Positions 57,713-64,000 of a DNA stretch of 64,000 nucleotides are shown piece by piece. Position 1 is the stretch's first letter. Each line of letters begins with the position of its first letter. The position numbers were made by a program, and so were the translations under genes. A model generated the notes under the pieces. The model ran no database searches. It was given only the letters and a program-made list of their open reading frames with translations, and was not told where the DNA came from. The stretch comes from Amphiscolops sp. MND2022 (taxonomy: Eukaryota). The stretch is from the NCBI GenBank assembly GCA_964187785.1, contig OZ076409.1, positions 19,220,001 through 19,284,000 of the forward strand, in the 5' to 3' direction.

Positions 57713-60700
57713 ATGAGTCAAAAGAACGAAAACAACTCCGCGGAATCCAATAGCAGAAACTCTTCAAGTGAAGAATCTGGAGACAAAAAAGGACGGACAA
57801 CAACAAACCAAAAAATAACACTACCAATATTCGAGAAGAAAACCATACAAGAAGCGGAACTATGGTGGCGACGATTTACTCAGTATGTCAAAATGACCCA
57901 GAAATTAGACTTGAATACAATGACAACAGACAAAGAGATATTGGAAGAATATCGAGAAGAACTGGAGATTAAAATAAAAGACATTTTTATCTGGGCATTG
58001 GGAGAAGAAGCCGTCACAGAAATGACAAAAACGGTGAGGGACAACGATCCAAACAAAATGAACATCAACCAACTCTACCTAATATTCCGCCTCCACTTCA
58101 TACCAGAAAGCAACAAATTCCACAGCCGGGCAGATTTTTTCGGAATAACGAGAGAACCGAATGAGACGGCTGAAGACGTTTGGACACGAATATTGCAGAC
58201 AGAGAAAAACTGCGAATTTGACAACGTTACCCCAGCCGAACTTATCGCATCGAAATTCCTATCTTTAATCGTGAGATCAACGGGAGACTACGAACTCAAA
58301 AAGAAAATCCGGAAAAGTAACATGACCATTGAAACGATAACCAAATACATGAATATATGTATGACCGGTTAAACGACTCAAACAATTTCAATGACGGAAG
58401 GAACATAGAACATGTACAAGAAAAGCCGAGAAAAAGAAAATGGTCAGAGAAGACCAGTTACGACAAAAACAAAAAACGACCGGAGTATCAAAAACCAAGA
58501 TACAAAGATAACCGGTGCGGACAATGCGGAGCACCTAACTGGTCCAGACAACACATATGCCCAGCCAAATCGGTAGATTGCCGAAATTGCAAAAAGAGGG
58601 GGCATTACGAAAAAATGTGTAGACTCCCAAAAAGAATACAACATGTGGATAAAGTATCATCATCAGCAGAAGAAGACAACTGGGACTACAATAAAATACA
58701 AAGAATAAACAACAACAAAAAGAACGGAGAGTATCTACACGCAACACTATTGGTTAACAACACACCAATAAAATTTATAATAGACAGCGGGTCCCCAGTA
58801 ACTTTGATACCACAACGCTTACTTAACAAAATTACTGAAGTGGAAGAACTCAAAACCAACTACAAAGACGTAAACGACAACAAGATCGATTTCCTGGGAC
58901 AAACAAAAGCACTGGTGAAAACCAACAGTACAGCACTTCAGCTGCCACTATTAATTACAAAAACAAACATTACACCGTTAATGGGACTAGATTGGATGAA
59001 ACGGCTTGGAATAACAGTAAACACAACAACCGACGATATCAAAATACACAACATCAAAATGGACGAAACCGAAAAAAAAGATCCTCAAACTGAAGAACGA
59101 ATTTAAAGATCTGTTTTACAATAACACGGAAATAACAGACTTGGAAGTAAAAATCGACCCGAAAGAAGACGCAAAAATAATACAACAAAAAGGAAGACCA
59201 GTACCAATTCACCTTCAAAATCAAGTAGCGGAAGAAATAAAAAGACTAATCAAAAACGGATACTTGGAAAGGGCCACAGAAATAACCGAAGATTGTTTCG
59301 TGAGCCCGGCAGTCACCACGGTGAAGAAAGACAAATCAATAAAAATTGCATTGGATTCAAGAAAAATAAACGAAGCAACAATTAAAAAGAAAGTACAAAT
59401 GCCGAACATGGAAGAGCTAATATCCAGAATATCACGGAAGATATCGGAAGAACAAGAAGGAGAAATATGGATAAAAAAACTAGATTTTGATTATGCTTAC
59501 AGTCAAATCAAATTGAACGAAAATACAAGAACTCTATGTATTTTCACCGTTACAGGCGGAGAATTTACGGGATACTACCGTTTCTTGAAAGGCTTTTACG
59601 GACTGGCGGACATCCCAACAATTTTCCAGGAACGGATAGACAGAACACTGGAATTCAAACACCCCGCTTGGCTAGATGACATCATAATTGTAACCGAAGG
59701 AACAATAGAGAAACACGAGTCGGAAGTAAAAGAAACAATGAAAAAATTAGACGAAGCAGGATATAGACTACATCCGAAGAAATGCGAATTTTTCAAGAAA
59801 GAGGCTGAATGGGTGGGACACCAAATAAACCAAGACGGCATCAGACCACTACAAGACAAATTGAAAGCGATAACAAAAATAAACATACCAAAAAACGAAA
59901 AAGAACTAAAATCCTTCCTGGGAGCAATACAATATCTGTCAAAGTACATCAAAAATCTATCAGCACAGACAGATATACTCAGAAAACTACTGAAAAAACA
60001 AAACGAATGGATCTGGACAGAAGAACACACAGAAGCGTTCAACAATTTAAAGAAATTATTCACCCAATTGCCATGTCTAGCGCACTACAACTCGAATAAA
60101 GAAAATATCCTAACAACCGACGCAAGTACAAAGGGACTAGGCGCTACACTGTGGCAAAAACAAAAAGACGGAAATCTGAAACCGGTTGGCTTTGCAAGCA
60201 GATTTGTATCGGACAACGAGAAAAAATATTCGATAAACGAGCTAGAGCTACTAGCAGTAGTGTGGGGACTGGAGCATTTTCGCTTATATGTTTATGGAAA
60301 ATCAATTGAGTTACTAACCGATCACCAAGCGCTGGAACCACTAATTAAACGAAACAGATCAAATAAAACATACAGCGCAAGATTAACAAGATGGTTGGAT
60401 CGATTAGCACACTTTGATATAAACATAAAGCACATTGCTGGCAAGCATCTGGAATTGACGGATTATTTGAGTAGAAACCCGATTTCAAAGCCGGAGCCAA
60501 TTGAGAATTACGACGAAGAATACGTAATTAATTGCGTAATACCCTTACTGGAGTTCATTAACACACACGGTAGCATCACCGATGAAAAGAAAGTAGAAGC
60601 ACAAACGGACGAAGTAGCAGCGTCAGCAAACAACCAATCACAAACAAGAAGCGTGAACAAAATACAGCTCAGCGAGTACGAACAAGACAAACAGTGGTCA

Positions 60701-63005
60701 TTGAAATCCTCAAAAAGCAAAGTACGTTCAAATACAGCTGACACAAATCAAAACGTACAAAACAGAATGGATATTGAAACAATCGAATCTATCGAAAAGG
60801 ACGACCCATCGGAAGAAACACTGAGATTAACAACAAGATGGAAGGAGATAACAAAACCAGGCGACTACAGATTCACGCAGGGACAATGGAAAAAATACAA
60901 CCCATCCAGAGCACTGCGGGCAGACAGAAACGAATCGAAGTTGAGCTGTGGCAGAAAAGAAACAGATTGTTATGGAAACGAGTGGAAAATAACAGCAGAG
61001 AGACAGAAGAAGAACTAGAGAGAAAAAGAGAATTCCATAGAGTCATCGAAAAAATCAGAGCGAAGCCAAAAAGGGACGACACCGGGACAAGCAGTAACAC
61101 ACAACAACCACAAGAACAAGATGAAATAGAAACAATGTCATCGGACTCCGACCAAACAATCGCTGTACCGGCGATCAACTTCAAGAGATACCTGAGGGCA
61201 ACCAGTGTACGATATATACAAATGGGAACGGCGAGCAAAGTGCAATACAACGAAGAATGGGACTTAGAAGAAACCATTCGTCAGGCCGAACAAAAATTTT
61301 CAACCGATTTAAGAACAATCGCAGACGAAACAACAAACGACGAAAAATTAATTAAAACACTGGTATGCCTGGAGAGGAGAAGTTACGAACAAATACCAGA
61401 CGAATACAAGGAACACCACAAAAACATGTCGACACGATTTGGAGTAGTGTTCTATAATGACAAAATAGTAATTCCGAAGCCACTACGAAAAACAGTCATC
61501 TTATCACTACACAAAGGCCACCCCGCCATCAACAAGATGACACACGCAGCCAAACCCTTCTGGTGGCTAAAACTCAACAAAGACATTCAGACGAAATGCA
61601 ACGAGTGCATTCCCTGCAAAATGTCAGGTAAGAGTATAAAACCACAAATACCAATGACGGAGATAAATTACTTACCTCCGGTAGAAAAACCAAACGAGGA
61701 AATCCAATTGGATTTCATCGGACCAATATGATTCAAACACCGGCGATTTTATATACTGATATCTATTGACCGGTATAGCAGATGGCCGGCAGCCTATATA
61801 TGTGAAGCTCCTACAGGCAAAACAGCGAAAATTTTTTTACAACAGTACATACTACTGATTGGTATCCCACAAGTAATTAGAACAGATAAAGGAACCGCCT
61901 TTACCGGAAAAGAGTTTAGACAAATGTGTAAAAATCTACACATTAAACTAATATATGGTACACCATATATACACACAGCTACGGGACTAGTAGAAAGGGG
62001 AATAAAAACACTGAAAGATTTAATGAGGACTAATTTAGAAGACAAATGCAACTTAATTGATGCTTTATACCAGTCCCTGATGGTAATGCGAATGACCATC
62101 CACTCAAAAACTAAAGAGACACCGTTTGAAAGACATTATGGTCGAAAGCCACGAACGGAACTAACCAGCTACTTAAACTTACCAACGGACAAAAATGATT
62201 ATGTTTCAGCACAACCGGAGACACTACAAGTCTACTCGTTCAACAACGGGCGAGGAGGATATGATCAACTCATCATGAAAACCCCTCGAAAGCTGAAATG
62301 CGATGTTAGTAATAACCTCCCATACAAATTCCTAGAGAAAAAACAAAATAAAAACAAATTTGAAAGTGAATACGATACAAATCCACAAGTAGCAGTAGCT
62401 GAAACCAAACACACAATAACGACGGACACAAATAAAATAATACACAAAAAATGGATAAGTAAACCATTACCAAACTCATTTCAGAACCCCCTATCAAGAA
62501 GAGGAGAAAACCGTTGAGGTACAGACGAAGATTTGTCCAAACATCCATACAGTCAGACTCAGAAGACGAAGAAGAGGAAGAAGAAGAAACACAAACCGAG
62601 ACCGATGAAAGGCGAGCAAGTACCCCAACGGCAGAAACATCAGTAGAGGGGATGGAAACCAGCTTCGATTTCACACCACCGATACAAATCGGACGAGGAA
62701 GAAAAAAGACAATCAAGGAAAAAACCCCGGGAGAAAACAACCTAAAACTCCACGTGGACAGAATGAGCGAAGAACAACTAGATCAAGCAATGGAGGCAAT
62801 AGCCGAGGACCCTACAACAATCACCATCGTCGACAACAACGGTAACGAAAATCAAAACCAAAACAACCAAAACCAAATAAAAACTGAAATAACGGAGTTA
62901 CCAGATACAATTGAAACAAACAATACAAACATACAAACTAGAAAATCTTCTAGAATAAGAACGAATAATCCGATATTAAGATACGGAAATCCAGTAACAT
63001 TCTGA
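57713..63005 (+). pseudogene. gag-pol reading frame broken by about four frameshifts (~58345, ~59075, ~60930, ~62510) and a TGA at 61729-61731
   Basis: Track ORFs 57557, 58357, 59141, 60838, 61924 and 62514 hand off domain sequence across frames; the integrase core reads through the 61729 TGA in the same frame (GPI*FKHRRFYILISIDRYSRW). Confidence 0.88.
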
Positions 63006-63282
63006 TATTTACAGGAAACACCGTTAAACGAATAAACAGCCAAGCCAGCGGAAACACACAATCAGACTGAGGAGGACCGGAAGAGAAAACAGGAGGAACG
63101 TGAGGAAACCAGTAGCATGGTATCGAGGCGAGAAGCACCGTCAAATCTTAAACAAGAAACTGAACGGACTCATTATCAACAATTGAGTTGATACAACCTT
63201 TTTGTTCATACATGTAATCTAAATTTGTGTTATAAAATACAGTTATCAATTATACTAGATAACTTCCTGCCAGGGGGGGGAA

Positions 63283-63487
63283 TGTGACATGAATACAGTT
63301 GAAGGTCAATAGTAACGCAATGTTACATAATTCTTACTTACTCTATGACCTTTTATGTTAATTACATAACATACCTGCTAGTAACTTTAATGTCATCTGT
63401 AGTACGATATAGTGGACACTATAACTTGATCTTACGTACAATACAGTATTACATTCCCAAACTTCTTTATTCCATTGGTATACAACA
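63283..63487 (+). repeat. 3' LTR (205 bp)
   Basis: Same sequence as the 5' LTR; preceded by the PPT, followed by the TSD. Confidence 0.95.
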
Positions 63488-64000
63488 GTATAATACCCGA
63501 TATGACGGAATTACTGCATTTAAAAACTAGTTACATGCAAAATCATTACAGATTAGAAAAAGACATTAAAGACTTCAGAAATATTGAAATATTTGAGGCA
63601 TAGTTGTTAGCAATGCTTCAACTGAAGATTTCCAAGTTGCTAGTGATTAGGTTGAAGAATAGAGAATAATTAATTGTATGTTTTGGCTATTGTGTTTTTC
63701 AATGAACGCCGTTTGCGTTTGAGGTTGATTCGAGAGCTTTACCAGATTCCGAAGACGAAACAAAGGTTTTTCAAAATATGGAGCAGTTTTTGCCCAATTA
63801 ATTGAAACCTTATAAGTGCTGAACTGATACTTGGTTATCATTGGTTAATAGAGGAGCAACTGAGATGCCGTACTGACATTTACGCCCACTGGCAAATGGA
63901 GTGTCATTTCGTCGGAATATTCTCACTGATGCTGATAATTTCACACTACATCCTATAGAGGCTCATTTGAAACGCTCAATTTTTTGTGAAAGCATGCTTT

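Larger units (their letters stand above)
57495..63487 (+). mobile_element. Full-length Mag-like Ty3/Gypsy LTR retrotransposon with disrupted gag-pol, antisense within an iGluR intron
   Basis: 205-bp LTRs 57495-57699 and 63283-63487 (TG..CA, identical by eye); TSD GTATA; PBS TGGCGCAGTC at 57700; PPT AGGGGGGGGAA at 63272-63282; CGQCGAPNWSRQHICPAK..CRNCKKRGHYEKMC, IDSGS, WLDD, TDAS, HHCC, DDE motifs. Confidence 0.96.

Noticed and set aside
63830-63960. Upstream iGluR S2 exon on - (..CQYGISVAP..)
   Set aside because: Only a YGI resemblance; spacing does not fit and no phase-2 donor matches the 57367 acceptor.

Overview
AT-rich, intron-containing metazoan genomic DNA. The dominant interspersed repeat reminds me of acoel (Symsagittifera-like) genomes, but that is an unverified recollection. 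Host genes: (1) a complete 17-exon Atos/FAM214-family gene on + (CDS 2060-17349, 1158 aa when spliced by hand); (2) the last three coding exons of an AMPA/kainate-like ionotropic glutamate receptor on - (57367 to 53622). The rest is mostly transposon-derived: a Helentron/HINE-like non-autonomous repeat family, TIR MITEs, a decayed CR1/L2-type LINE, two decayed Gypsy remnants, and a full-length Mag-like Gypsy element (57495-63487) with identical 205-bp LTRs but a broken gag-pol. The standout is a very young, intact 16.2-kb Ty3/Gypsy element on - (34092-50299; 2258-bp LTRs; CAAAG target-site duplication). Besides gag and pol joined by an A-AAA-AAC -1 frameshift, it carries two extra genes diverging from an internal CCAAT/CRE region. 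One is an ANTISENSE gene with 6 exons and 5 GT-AG introns encoding ~1070 aa, with a BED-like zinc finger and a body that by eye resembles a catalytically dead hAT transposase. The other is a sense, nef-like disordered ORF that runs across the PPT into the 3' LTR. No database searches or structure predictions were run: all homology calls are motif recognition, and exon junctions were phase-checked by hand.
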